Part shown: piece by piece, positions 22,801 through 30,129 of the stretch | Layout of the letters: every line of letters begins with the position of its first letter | How positions within the stretch are numbered: position 1 is the stretch's first letter | Origin: Craspedostauros australis | Taxonomy: Eukaryota | Reading direction: 5' to 3' | Assembly: GCA_030167865.1 (NCBI GenBank) | Contig: JALAGF010001169.1 | Location: 1-32,792, forward strand | Length of the DNA stretch: 32,792 nucleotides | Program-made: the position numbers and the translations under genes | Notes under the pieces: generated by a model | Databases searched by the model: none | Seen by the model: the letters and a program-made list of their open reading frames with translations, nothing else | What the model was told of the DNA's origin: nothing

Positions 22801-24021
22801 CTCTCCAAATCCCCCTGCCTGGAGATTTCGTACATTGACATCACCAATGTACGCCCGTTGGATTCCACGGAGTCATCCCCGCTGCCTGGATTCCCGCTTC
22901 TCGTGCTCGAAACGGCGTGGCTGTGCCATTACATGGCGTTCCGCGACGAGGAGGCCCGCGACACGTTCGGTGAACGCATCGAGGCAGCCATCGCTGAGCA
23001 TGTGAGGGAGGTGGAGGTCAGCGCCGAGCTGAACGAGAAGGATCTGCGCAAGGCCCGTTTCTGGCAAGGCTTCCAGAACCTGTCGGAGGCAGCCATCTCG
23101 CCGGGACGTGGAAAGTGGGCGAAGATCATGTCCAACCAAAAGTCGAAGGAACGCGCCATCCTGAACAGCCGGCGCATGGTGTTCGATCTGGATTCCACGA
23201 CCTCGTTCGGTGACGCGCGCAACGGATACGAGTTCATCGAGAAGATGCTTGCGACGGCGCTGTCGTTTTCGATGAAGACGTTGGAGACGAACCCTGAATC
23301 CTTCGTGCAGTTTTTGGATGCGGCGAGCCACCTTCGCTTGCTGCCGCTGCACGAGCTGAACTTCAACAGCAAGGCAGCCTACTGCCTGTTCATGAACCTG
23401 TACCACGTGATCCTGCAGCATGCCATGCTGCTGTCCATCAACGGTCCGCTGAACAAGCGTTCCATCGGTCATTTCGTGCGTACGACGTGCTACGAAGTGG
23501 GCGGGGATGTGTTCTCTTTGGCAGAGCTACACTGCTGCGTGCTTCGTGGGAGGTTGAGCCGACCTTCGCTGAGCAAGCCCCCGTACATCGAGCCTCCCAA
23601 AAAGTCCGTGACGGCGTATCGCGTGTACGCCCTGACACACAAGGATCCAAGGCTGGTGTTCTGCGTCAACACGGCGGACACCGCTTGCCCCCGACACGTG
23701 CCGATCCTCCGAGAGAAGAGCATGGACGAGCAGCTGAACGCCTGCACCTTGGCATTCCTGAAGGGGCAGATGGTGGTCGACACCGCCCGGCGTGTGATCA
23801 TCCTCCCCAAGGTGTGCGAGGTGTACCGTCACGACTTTGGCAGCGGAGACACGATATCGTGCGTCCGCCTTTGCATCAGCGAATTGAAGGACGATGCATT
23901 GGCGAAGGGGATGCGATCCATCCTGAGCGACGACATGCTTCAGATCCGGTACCGTCACACCATCGAGCAATACCACACCTCCCTGCTGCTGCGCAGATCG
24001 GAATGCGAACCAGACGCATAG
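16828..24021 (+). CDS. Giant single-exon multidomain protein: low-complexity N-terminus, TM hairpin, DUF1769, MIR/beta-trefoil-like region, PH domain, C-terminal DUF547
   Basis: Uninterrupted frame; first ATG at 16828, alternative at 17446. TM ~18391-18522. DUF1769-like ~19300-20020 (NEFFEMDMLVIIR, RRFEFQYQ, DTYTMALWSAYVDFLDWRVINLPG). Three LxxG[DS]xxxL/F repeats ~20690-21100. PH-like ~22705-23000 (HWREEWCGVYKSCISFY...LVLET...YMAFRDEEARDTF). DUF547-like ~23370-23850 (FMNLYHVILQHA, YEVGGDVFSLAELHCCVLRG, DPRLVFCVN, LPKVCEVYRHDFG). Confidence 0.85.
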   Translation: MKDTCHPVDHQQKHQQKHQQNQRQQAKKVQSSTLASTPTSTLAKTNTQKTLSGHKSPTSTTAATAVSVSATARRRVLDPPIHSGSASPKRREKSRLRPSVSPRTRRKAPTTPTREDRAATPSPSSSSRRKFLRRGTSWRSTIGRRLTITASSVSGSASGSGSASANSDHNRNSHSNNNSHNNNNNNNNGDSNRTTTKTSSPGASNGMQNGQPPSSTPTSGTTKHPKRKSTVLNASRKVVTTVGRPLRAVGRAVSGNRRRTGSHDEVDIAKEVANANAANLARRNTPSPTIASSAAQMPIINDVTNDATANDVTTNEATQENNNGNGSNNNEGTTKSVDSLQSDAERSSSPSDNDLHATPPFQDSIMTPSSSTGTATSAPTLSATPRGGIAVGLDAHRMPLPSINGAVPGSHYVDVSVASNNPTALAMTPSLRDTQQHHINQQHRSQQHNSQQHNIHNMDASQGTLTQSMFSASQAPTPDPNDDVTSRVGNDSAVTGMSISEMPTLSETDVSVQAVERVLREVVFLSLAYLMGTIRPEFTFLVGKTIEYSSIAWITCLVILVSSWLQQPPKIIHHGHMQHQHQQSHHEQLQQHQQQQQRRELLHYGGHSQQQQQAARQMSTSIQDRGLLHSPAPTASTSASVPASMSSLPQFVQSPTPPKHNVLTKDALLLNNGNNGSSTNNGNSTNNNDTDRGTTDGYDSNINTKADSLSTSNPISRGSSFMDESLFDASTAPDRQISLCPSNTNLSTSMLSDLGNNDDTHKSGSLENTLHSTNSLPATATTTDGPAPSAARSAAPSAAQSTTTTAASDANAATPQILTDADLLPHPSLSPFYIMDDVAKQRIYPNAAKPTHISNEFFEMDMLVIIRTPDVDDPKATKGKPSNARIANYLRERQRRFEFQYQMRVKKVPPNKAFYFSCELDEPIKMGLIQRAFVGASMAFMKSTNPTFHYSTMGSKYSADGKYEKPHMSFTVEGSLDRLVVTKPGETPPQLGSEIYEPQEHIKKRKKGNFIKWNTTDTYTMALWSAYVDFLDWRVINLPGIRPFLLTSVLGDQAFSVSFYMIDEDKANEKHYRKDITEVVNLELCNVNKAGTGKLATTWIASQKELKKKKKAAQAAAAASAAERAQKADQSAAAAVTDANTTVTPKAPASTAAPAVTAAPAATPDSAQSLSVSTSISIATSPAEASPKTPAMPSSSQTAPASLTAGGAPRMPDFRKKASSLEENDEVSYVDDSDAMVASSSTSQKGAPTSASTTGSSDAFVSKQSNLDMDDDNEDEDAATAAELGQGLYLQSGDTITLKQFVEHEDDDNDTAFAISNGAGFAVLQNQGDCVVTIEKARKSRRNKLIKAGDTVYFKARQKRHNEYETRYLTIHRGWWLKWVSRLPKKNGHFTICSADKQSESSYLSLGSAFKLRHKRWSSYYVGVANEPSPTYGGRLLALYNSDTSKNSNNNNSRNVAEDEYDSEEGEGGDIDGPIVSNKKNWMKILILYADDAAPAGTIPAGTISKDSVAMQSADPHAASQMLKKLKFSKEDARIDVPAWIEMMNRTERIRQLTYVVRINHPKDEQPTTSPSSLNANEASGSFPHTTSVRLRTGRELAPLMRYGLTHRSVSEGPAATRETHRSDRRRLSTSFHIRDPPKAAPLSSRATSTDGAAHPLSPDRDVALSLSPRHARSIDKFMSRGTSFDDDSVKDYEGDLYGDCMEAESINSADFSVEMANVGSHDEWADTGYPDEAEPDTEPEAEAEPESEVEQEPELDNSKNGGRMKRGKMLIGKVAKKAKDVTVATGKTAGKVVVGTTKLTGKVAVGTGKVAVGTGKMAMRQSKKVVRGSVSTGKSVIQRKPKKNPRQEPRTKAVFKDKKSQDQTKHVEVSKEMKKIGRSQMKMSNEILAGELCAPEQSCRIASSVLSKMSNLDPTAVMWARFNDLLKKQLSIDTEQDRWFLQGNHVHIGVTPLSRGEKLHDSLVARCLWESHWREEWCGVYKSCISFYSPLSKSPCLEISYIDITNVRPLDSTESSPLPGFPLLVLETAWLCHYMAFRDEEARDTFGERIEAAIAEHVREVEVSAELNEKDLRKARFWQGFQNLSEAAISPGRGKWAKIMSNQKSKERAILNSRRMVFDLDSTTSFGDARNGYEFIEKMLATALSFSMKTLETNPESFVQFLDAASHLRLLPLHELNFNSKAAYCLFMNLYHVILQHAMLLSINGPLNKRSIGHFVRTTCYEVGGDVFSLAELHCCVLRGRLSRPSLSKPPYIEPPKKSVTAYRVYALTHKDPRLVFCVNTADTACPRHVPILREKSMDEQLNACTLAFLKGQMVVDTARRVIILPKVCEVYRHDFGSGDTISCVRLCISELKDDALAKGMRSILSDDMLQIRYRHTIEQYHTSLLLRRSECEPDA

Positions 24022-24374
24022 TTTTGATAGGCGTTGCGTTACTTCAGGCGCGTCCGCAGGAAAGCCTTTGAAACGGATGGGGAAAGTGGCGACAGTGCAG
24101 AATGCCATCAGCAAGCCATGCCGACAAGCATGCGGACAGGCAAGCTAATACTATGGAGACAAGGAGGTGCAGATAGAGCGAAGCACGGCCTTCTGGATGC
24201 AACATGATATTATACGTCAGGATATATATAACATAATGCCAATGATTGTAGATACTTATGTGTAGTTGTACGAGGATCACTATACTCTGTGCGATGCCAT
24301 ACCCTTCGAAGTTCTTGTGGAATGCTGTTGTCAGTTGTTGTCAGTTGATGTCAGTGCACACGATGAAGGAGCCA

Positions 24375-25241
24375 TCACTGCTGCGGTTCGGGAGTGGGAG
24401 GATCGAGCTTATCCACCTGCCTCGTGAGGTAGAGAAGGGCGGCGAGACTGACAAAATGCGAGAATAGCGTGTTGGTATTCGCCTGGACGATGAGGATGTC
24501 GAGGGGCTGCAGGAATGAGTTTGTGTCTGCCGTGACGAGTGAGATCCCTCGCGTGCTGGTGGTGAGGACCTTGATGGCCAGGGCCCCCACGATCTGCTCG
24601 GCGCCGAGGAGGGTGAGGAACATGCCGACGACGTTGAGCGTGACGCCGATGGTGATGTCCTTGCGCAGCATGCTGGCGGCCTGGAAGCGCGTCGTGGGCT
24701 TGCGGATGAGTCGTCTCGCGAGGCGTCTGGTGGCCCAGGCCCAGAAGATGGAGAGGAAGGATAGCACGAGGGAGGATCCGACGAGGAGGAAGTTGGGCAG
24801 CGAGATGGCGTCGACGGGAGCCACGCCTCCGGCAGCCGCGCGCTTCATGACGTTGCGCGCGAAGACCAGCGTGACGGAGCTGACCGTGGTGAGGATGAGC
24901 TGCGCCCACCAGGACAGCCAGGACAGGCGTCGCAGCAGCAGCGAGGTCTCCTTGACGAGGGGATCGGCGGCTGCCTGCTGCTGTCCATCGTCCTTCTCGG
25001 GTTCGTTCTCCGGCGCGTCGTTGTTGCGGTTCCTCCTTCCAAGCGCTCGCAGCAGGGTCCGCTTCCGTCTCGATGCTGCGGATGCCCTCGATGACGCAAA
25101 CAGGGGAGACGAAGCAGCAGCAGCAGTCGCTGATCTGCGAATGGCCGATCGCGTGGGATTGTTCGCCACTGAGAACGCATCCACGCTGGTGATCGCGGTG
25201 GCGGCGACGCAAGCGTGGAAGATCACGCTGAACAGCTTCAT
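24375..25241 (-). CDS. Plastid-targeted DUF3611 (TIC21/PIC1-like) membrane protein
   Basis: Signal peptide ending VDA|FSV (ASAFAP-like) followed by an S/A/R-rich transit peptide. About four TM helices. Motifs LRRLSWLSWWAQLILTTVSSVTLVFA, LNVVGMFLTLLGAEQIVGAL and QPLDILIVQANTNTLFSHFVSL. Confidence 0.82.
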   Translation of the reverse strand: MKLFSVIFHACVAATAITSVDAFSVANNPTRSAIRRSATAAAASSPLFASSRASAASRRKRTLLRALGRRNRNNDAPENEPEKDDGQQQAAADPLVKETSLLLRRLSWLSWWAQLILTTVSSVTLVFARNVMKRAAAGGVAPVDAISLPNFLLVGSSLVLSFLSIFWAWATRRLARRLIRKPTTRFQAASMLRKDITIGVTLNVVGMFLTLLGAEQIVGALAIKVLTTSTRGISLVTADTNSFLQPLDILIVQANTNTLFSHFVSLAALLYLTRQVDKLDPPTPEPQQ

Positions 25242-25761
25242 CGTTGCAACGCTGTTGTCCGCGCAGGTCTTCTCTGGTTGTTATTCGTGATCAACACCAA
25301 CACCCGTAGCTGCAGAAGTATAGCAGAAGTATAGTAGAATAGCAGTCCTGCTCGAGGTATGGTGAGCAGCGTATCCTTGATTGTGTTGATTGTGTTGATT
25401 GTTAGTGGAAGAGAGGCGAAGCTGTTGTTGTCGTTGAACGAAATCATGTTGGCGGTTTTGCGCACAAGCGACATTCCCCTCTAGGTTAGTATTCATAGAA
25501 TGTCCTTGTTGATTGTGACGTATGGTCGATCTAGTCGTATTCATACAGCTATTCTCGATACGCCAAATTGCGAGCCATCATGTGACCGTGTTTCAGCGAA
25601 GTGAAAATAGGTGAATGGCTTGTGCCCAAACCAACCAAACGAAGAACGAAAGCGCGGTCCAGAGGCGGCATCAAGAATCGAGATACTACAACACTCTCTG
25701 GAGCCGAGCAACATCCCCTTCCTCAACTGGCAATACACTCCAATCCACACCAACTGCGAAG

Positions 25762-27024
25762 ATGTCCGGCCCACCTGCACCATCCATCCCCGGACTGCCG
25801 CCAGCACACGGACACGCACTCCCTGTACGTGCAGGCACACGCGCCATGCATCGCCACCATGGCGCAAGCCGCCACGCACGCCGCTCGCCGTTCACCAGCA
25901 CGGTGCTAATCACGCAGGTCCCGTACTTCGCGCGCTCCATCTTCTCGCTGCGCCAGTGGCTGCTGCCCTGCGGCACCATCCGCTCCGTCAACTGCTTCCC
26001 GCGCGCCAAGGAGCTCAACGACGACGACAAGGCCAAGAACGAGGCGCGCAGGTACACCCTCCTCATCACCTTCTCTCACCAGGACGCCGCCGTCCGGTTG
26101 GTGGCCTCCTTCAGGGCCTTCCTCGACCGGATCGATCCCAAGTACCGGCGCATGGCCGTCCACATGGTGCCCGCCAACCCCAACATGCTGCTGCCGCCGC
26201 CCAACGTGGATAAGGCGCTCCAGAAGACGACTGGTGACAAGCTGCATGCCGCCTTCACCTCCTTGGCTGGTCACAGCGCCAGCGCTTCTGCCGTCACTTC
26301 CAAGGCGAGCAGCGCGTCGGGCCCGGATAAGGCAGACGCCGCCGCCCTGGCCACCACCAAGCTCGACACCACCAAGACCGCGGCTGCGGCAGGTGGCAGC
26401 TCGGCCTACGACGTCGACGAGGATCCCCTCAACGCCCCCGAAGTGCTGCAGGCCGTGCAGACCTTCCGGCGCAACCTCGATCGCGCGCAGACGTCACAGC
26501 AGAAGCTGCGCATCCGGCTCGTTCAGGAAAAGATGGCGAAGATGAAGTCCGTCGTCAAGGAGCGCATGCAGCAGGAGCTCAAGGAAGGCAAGGCGCCCAA
26601 GCCGTTGCCCAAGGCTTTGCCTCCGCCGCCACCGCCCAGTGCCAGCGTGCCGCTGCCAACATTGGCCAAGGATTCCGGCAAGCGCAAGCATTCCAATTTG
26701 CCGGCTTGGATGACGCAGCAGCCAGCCGCCGGTGCCGAGTCGGCGCCGAAGAAGGCCAAGACGGATGTGCCCTCCATGGCGGATGCCACCAACTTTCCCG
26801 TTTTGCCGGCTGCGGCGCACGATGATCTGAGCACCTACCTCACGCAGCAGATTCAGGAGGTTCTGGGAGAGGCGGAGGATACGCTCATCACCTTCATCCA
26901 CGGGCACGTCACGCAAGGCAAGCCTATCAAGGAATTGGAGGAAGAGCTAAAGGAGGTCCTGGATGAGGATGCTCCCGCCTTCCTGCAGCAGCTGTGGTCC
27001 AAGGTTCAGGGGTTGGCCAAGTAG
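25762..27024 (+). CDS. PWI-domain protein with degenerate N-terminal RRM-like region (RBM25/Snu71-like layout; putative RNA-processing factor)
   Basis: Likely start MSGPPAP at 25762; an in-frame upstream ATG exists at 25615. RRM-like TVLITQVP...LRQWLLPCGTIRSV...LLITFSHQDAAVRLV, then a coiled coil and poly-Pro. C-terminal PWI: LSTYLTQQIQEVLGEAEDTLITFI...LKEVLDEDAPAFLQQLW. Confidence 0.78.
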   Translation: MSGPPAPSIPGLPPAHGHALPVRAGTRAMHRHHGASRHARRSPFTSTVLITQVPYFARSIFSLRQWLLPCGTIRSVNCFPRAKELNDDDKAKNEARRYTLLITFSHQDAAVRLVASFRAFLDRIDPKYRRMAVHMVPANPNMLLPPPNVDKALQKTTGDKLHAAFTSLAGHSASASAVTSKASSASGPDKADAAALATTKLDTTKTAAAAGGSSAYDVDEDPLNAPEVLQAVQTFRRNLDRAQTSQQKLRIRLVQEKMAKMKSVVKERMQQELKEGKAPKPLPKALPPPPPPSASVPLPTLAKDSGKRKHSNLPAWMTQQPAAGAESAPKKAKTDVPSMADATNFPVLPAAAHDDLSTYLTQQIQEVLGEAEDTLITFIHGHVTQGKPIKELEEELKEVLDEDAPAFLQQLWSKVQGLAK

Positions 27025-27207
27025 ACTATGTAACCACGAGCGTGGGATAGCAAGTATAACAGTATGATAGAAGATTCATGCATTATATTGTATGAGATGG
27101 CAACGATGTGGATAGAGCAGAGTATGTGCGTTGGTGTTGGTGTTGGTGTTGGCGCAGCGGCATGCTCTGTGTCATCGAAGTACTCCATTTTGTATTATGC
27201 GACCTCC

Positions 27208-28495
27208 AGAGAGAGAGAGAGAGACTTCGAACAATGCCAGCGTGTTGACTTAGTGCCTCGCTCATTGATCGCCCAACCAAAGAGACACCCACAGCCAGAA
27301 GAATAACAGCGATGGCGTCGTTGATGCATCAAAAGAGGATGATGGGTGCCATCTGCATTGCGTGCGTGTTGGTGGCAACGAACTCACTGTCAACGCCATC
27401 CTCACTCCAACACAGGAGCAGCAGCAGCAGCAGCAACAATGCGAGTGCAAGTAGGAACCACCAACTAATACGGAAGAATGCGGTCATCGGCGGTGGCATC
27501 GCTGGTCTCTCCTTGGCGCATGCTTTCGACAACATCAGCAATCACGACAACATCGCTTGGAAGGCATGATCCGAGGCCGAGCGCATCCAGCAGCAAATGC
27601 GACAGCAGATCGAGGATTCCACCAACGGCAACACACAACCACAATCACCCAGCCATCTCCCTTGCTCCATCCTACTCATACAACAACACACTCGCATGTT
27701 CCAGAGTATCAATACTGTCTTCATTAGACGTTCTAATTACTCCACAAGCAGAGTACTCCAAGGCCATCCAGGATCGCATCAACCATCGATGTATCTTTCT
27801 TTTCCACATCGCAAGCAGAAGCACCATCAACTTGGACGAGCGGACCCGCTCTCTTGTCATCTCATGTCCGCTTCAACATCTCACTGCCCTGCAACAGAAG
27901 ATGGAAAGTCTCATTCGTGGAACCCATCATACCCCCATGTTTGTTTGTTCTCATCAGCATCTCCCCAAACAGGGCCAGTGGCCGCGACCATGTCGGTAGG
28001 GAACACAGTACTGCTCTCACCTTGTTGCGATGATTTCGCCGCAAGACACGTTCAACAAGCGCATCGTACCAATGGGCATGTTCGTCAGGCGGACGTAGAC
28101 AAATGTAGAGATTGGTGAGTTGGGTAGTTTGCTCCAAGGCTTGCTCAAGTGCTTCCATTTGTGCCGAGAGGGTCTCGGGCGGAACTTCAAACATGCTGGG
28201 ATGCCAGATGTCGGAGTATGCCAGAAATGACAAGCTCTTGTTTTCCAGGAGCGATATCAATGCGGCGAACATTATCATCTGCTCTTGTCGCGAATACCCT
28301 TTCCAAATATCGCAAAAACTGAGCTTCTTCAGGTGTGATGCGTCTGAAAGGAGTTTGATGATCTGGTCGATTTCTTGTCGCGAGTAGGTTGGATGGCGGT
28401 TGTACCCCCCATCGAAAATGATGGTGAGATTGTTGATGCGCTTGTTTGACTGGAATAGCTTTGCCAAGCTATCACAAGTGATACGGGTGGATACA
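27208..28495. repeat. Tandem duplication (monooxygenase relic plus LRR gene), copy 1, portion alignable within the window
   Basis: Colinear with 30023-32792, starting at AGAGAGACTTCGAAC in both copies. Confidence 0.88.
27312..27650 (+). pseudogene. Internally deleted remnant of an FAD-dependent monooxygenase (copy 1)
   Basis: Retains the N-terminus and Rossmann motif RKNAVIGGGIAGLSLAHAF. It then jumps to AWKA*SEAERIQQQMRQQIEDS (in-frame TGA) and then to the 3' end. Homologous to 30130-31930. Confidence 0.85.
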
Positions 28496-29163
28496 AAGGA
28501 TACTTTGGTGACTCTGCAATGGTTTGGAGACAGCCATCTGCACAAATCAGCGCCCCCATTGGCGAGCTCACAGGAATCAAACTCAACCCGCTTCGAGTTT
28601 TGTGAGATGTTGAACATGAGCTTGTCGCAATCAACAAGATCACATGAATACAAATCCACACGATGTGTCACAAGAGGGATATCATGTAGCTGCTTCATCT
28701 TCACGAAGCCCCGAGTCAAATGGATGCCTTTGTCGAATGGAGATTTGAGTGGGTGCTCGGCAGCCAATCGAAGTACAAAGCGAATCACTTGCTTGTCTTC
28801 TTCTCCGAATTGGTCATCGCAGCCGAATTCCAGATACAGGGATCGAATACACATCTGCCAACAGACCCTGTAATACCTATCGCTCAGTAGAACATGAGGT
28901 GATACAGCAACGTGGTTGTGCCGCTTCACCATCGATTCCAAGTCAGCAAAGGTGAATCCTGCTTCGATGGCCATGTCCCAGTGTTCCATCCGCTTGGGTG
29001 TGACACTGTAGCAGTCGATCTGCTTTGCTCGTGGGGGCTGCACATTGAACACGGTCTTCGGTGATAGCTCTTTTCCATGGAGTTGTTTCCAGAAAGTCTT
29101 GAAGTCTGGATCATGATTGCTGTTGGTATTGGTGTTGGTGACACCATCCATGTTGAGAGCCAT
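27862..29163 (-). CDS. RNI-like / degenerate leucine-rich-repeat protein, copy 1 (probably truncated by 43 aa at the C-terminus)
   Basis: 433 aa with ~25-38 aa periodic strand-helix units (RVDLYSCDL, RVEFDSCEL, VTKVSF, INNLTI, LKKLSF, LSFLAY, LTNLYI) and a tail RRNHRNKVRAVL...LALFGEML. Paralog at 32009-32792. Confidence 0.72.
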   Translation of the reverse strand: MALNMDGVTNTNTNSNHDPDFKTFWKQLHGKELSPKTVFNVQPPRAKQIDCYSVTPKRMEHWDMAIEAGFTFADLESMVKRHNHVAVSPHVLLSDRYYRVCWQMCIRSLYLEFGCDDQFGEEDKQVIRFVLRLAAEHPLKSPFDKGIHLTRGFVKMKQLHDIPLVTHRVDLYSCDLVDCDKLMFNISQNSKRVEFDSCELANGGADLCRWLSPNHCRVTKVSFVSTRITCDSLAKLFQSNKRINNLTIIFDGGYNRHPTYSRQEIDQIIKLLSDASHLKKLSFCDIWKGYSRQEQMIMFAALISLLENKSLSFLAYSDIWHPSMFEVPPETLSAQMEALEQALEQTTQLTNLYICLRPPDEHAHWYDALVERVLRRNHRNKVRAVLCSLPTWSRPLALFGEMLMRTNKHGGMMGSTNETFHLLLQGSEMLKRT

Positions 29164-29395
29164 CTTGCTATGTGTTGTCGATGCTGGTTATTGTGGGGGC
29201 TGTCGATAGTGTTGGTTGCACAGCAGGTAGAGCAGGTGGAGTATGTGGTCCCAAATCAGTTGCGGTTGAATGGCGAATATGAGCTCATCTGCTCAAGTTT
29301 GCTGTCTTCCATTTCATGATCCTGTGCATTGATCACGAAGCAACGTGTCGTCAACCAACACGCCTGCATGGACTTGCGCAGTTCCACCACTGCGT

Positions 29396-29440
29396 ATGGT
29401 GTGGTGTGGTACGGCATGGTATGGTATAGTATGGTGTGGT
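29396..29440. repeat. 5-bp repeat (RTGGT)x9, imperfect
   Basis: Read directly. Confidence 0.85.
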
Positions 29441-30129
29441 CCGACCGCGGGCAGCCACATCATGATCCGAAGCAGGCCAGCTAGCTCGCTCGCTCGCACG
29501 ATACGACCTTCAATGGTGCCCGATTTGGCCACGCTGTGCAGTTGCGCCTCTTCATGTGATACCAATGTTTGTGCAACATGAGTATAGTACATCCCTCTGC
29601 GATGGTCTTGGGGGAGTCAACCATTATGCCATACGAATGCATGCTATGTGCTTCGGCCGTTGGATGTCATCGAACGACTGCGGTGAGCGGATCCACAATG
29701 TGACGAATCCACCACGATGACTTCTTCGGCGGACATCAGAGGCGTTTCTCGTGTTTTGTCGAGAGGATGGATGGTGGCGATGACAATGTTGACACCACTC
29801 GTGTTTCAATCGACAACATACGTATCCAGGACTCATCTCGCCTCACCCAATCATTGCGAACTCTGTGGCATTGATGATGGCCATGGTGGTGCTGCAGACA
29901 TCGCCGTAGAATGCTGATACAGATCGTCACAACCACAACGCTCACATGATGATCACCGTTGCCATCAAGTATCTATTCACAGAGCATGCCAATGCTCCGT
30001 CTCTCCCTCTCTCTCTATTTCTAGAGAGACTTCGAACGATGCCGGCTGGTTGAGATACCTAGTTCCGCACTCATTGATCGCCCAACCACAGAGACAGCCA
30101 CAACCAGAAGAATCACAACGTTGGCACCA

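Noticed and set aside
25825-25898. Possible intron GTACGT...CACCAG in the PWI gene
   Set aside because: At 74 nt, splicing would shift the frame away from the RRM/PWI reading, and the unspliced frame is already open.
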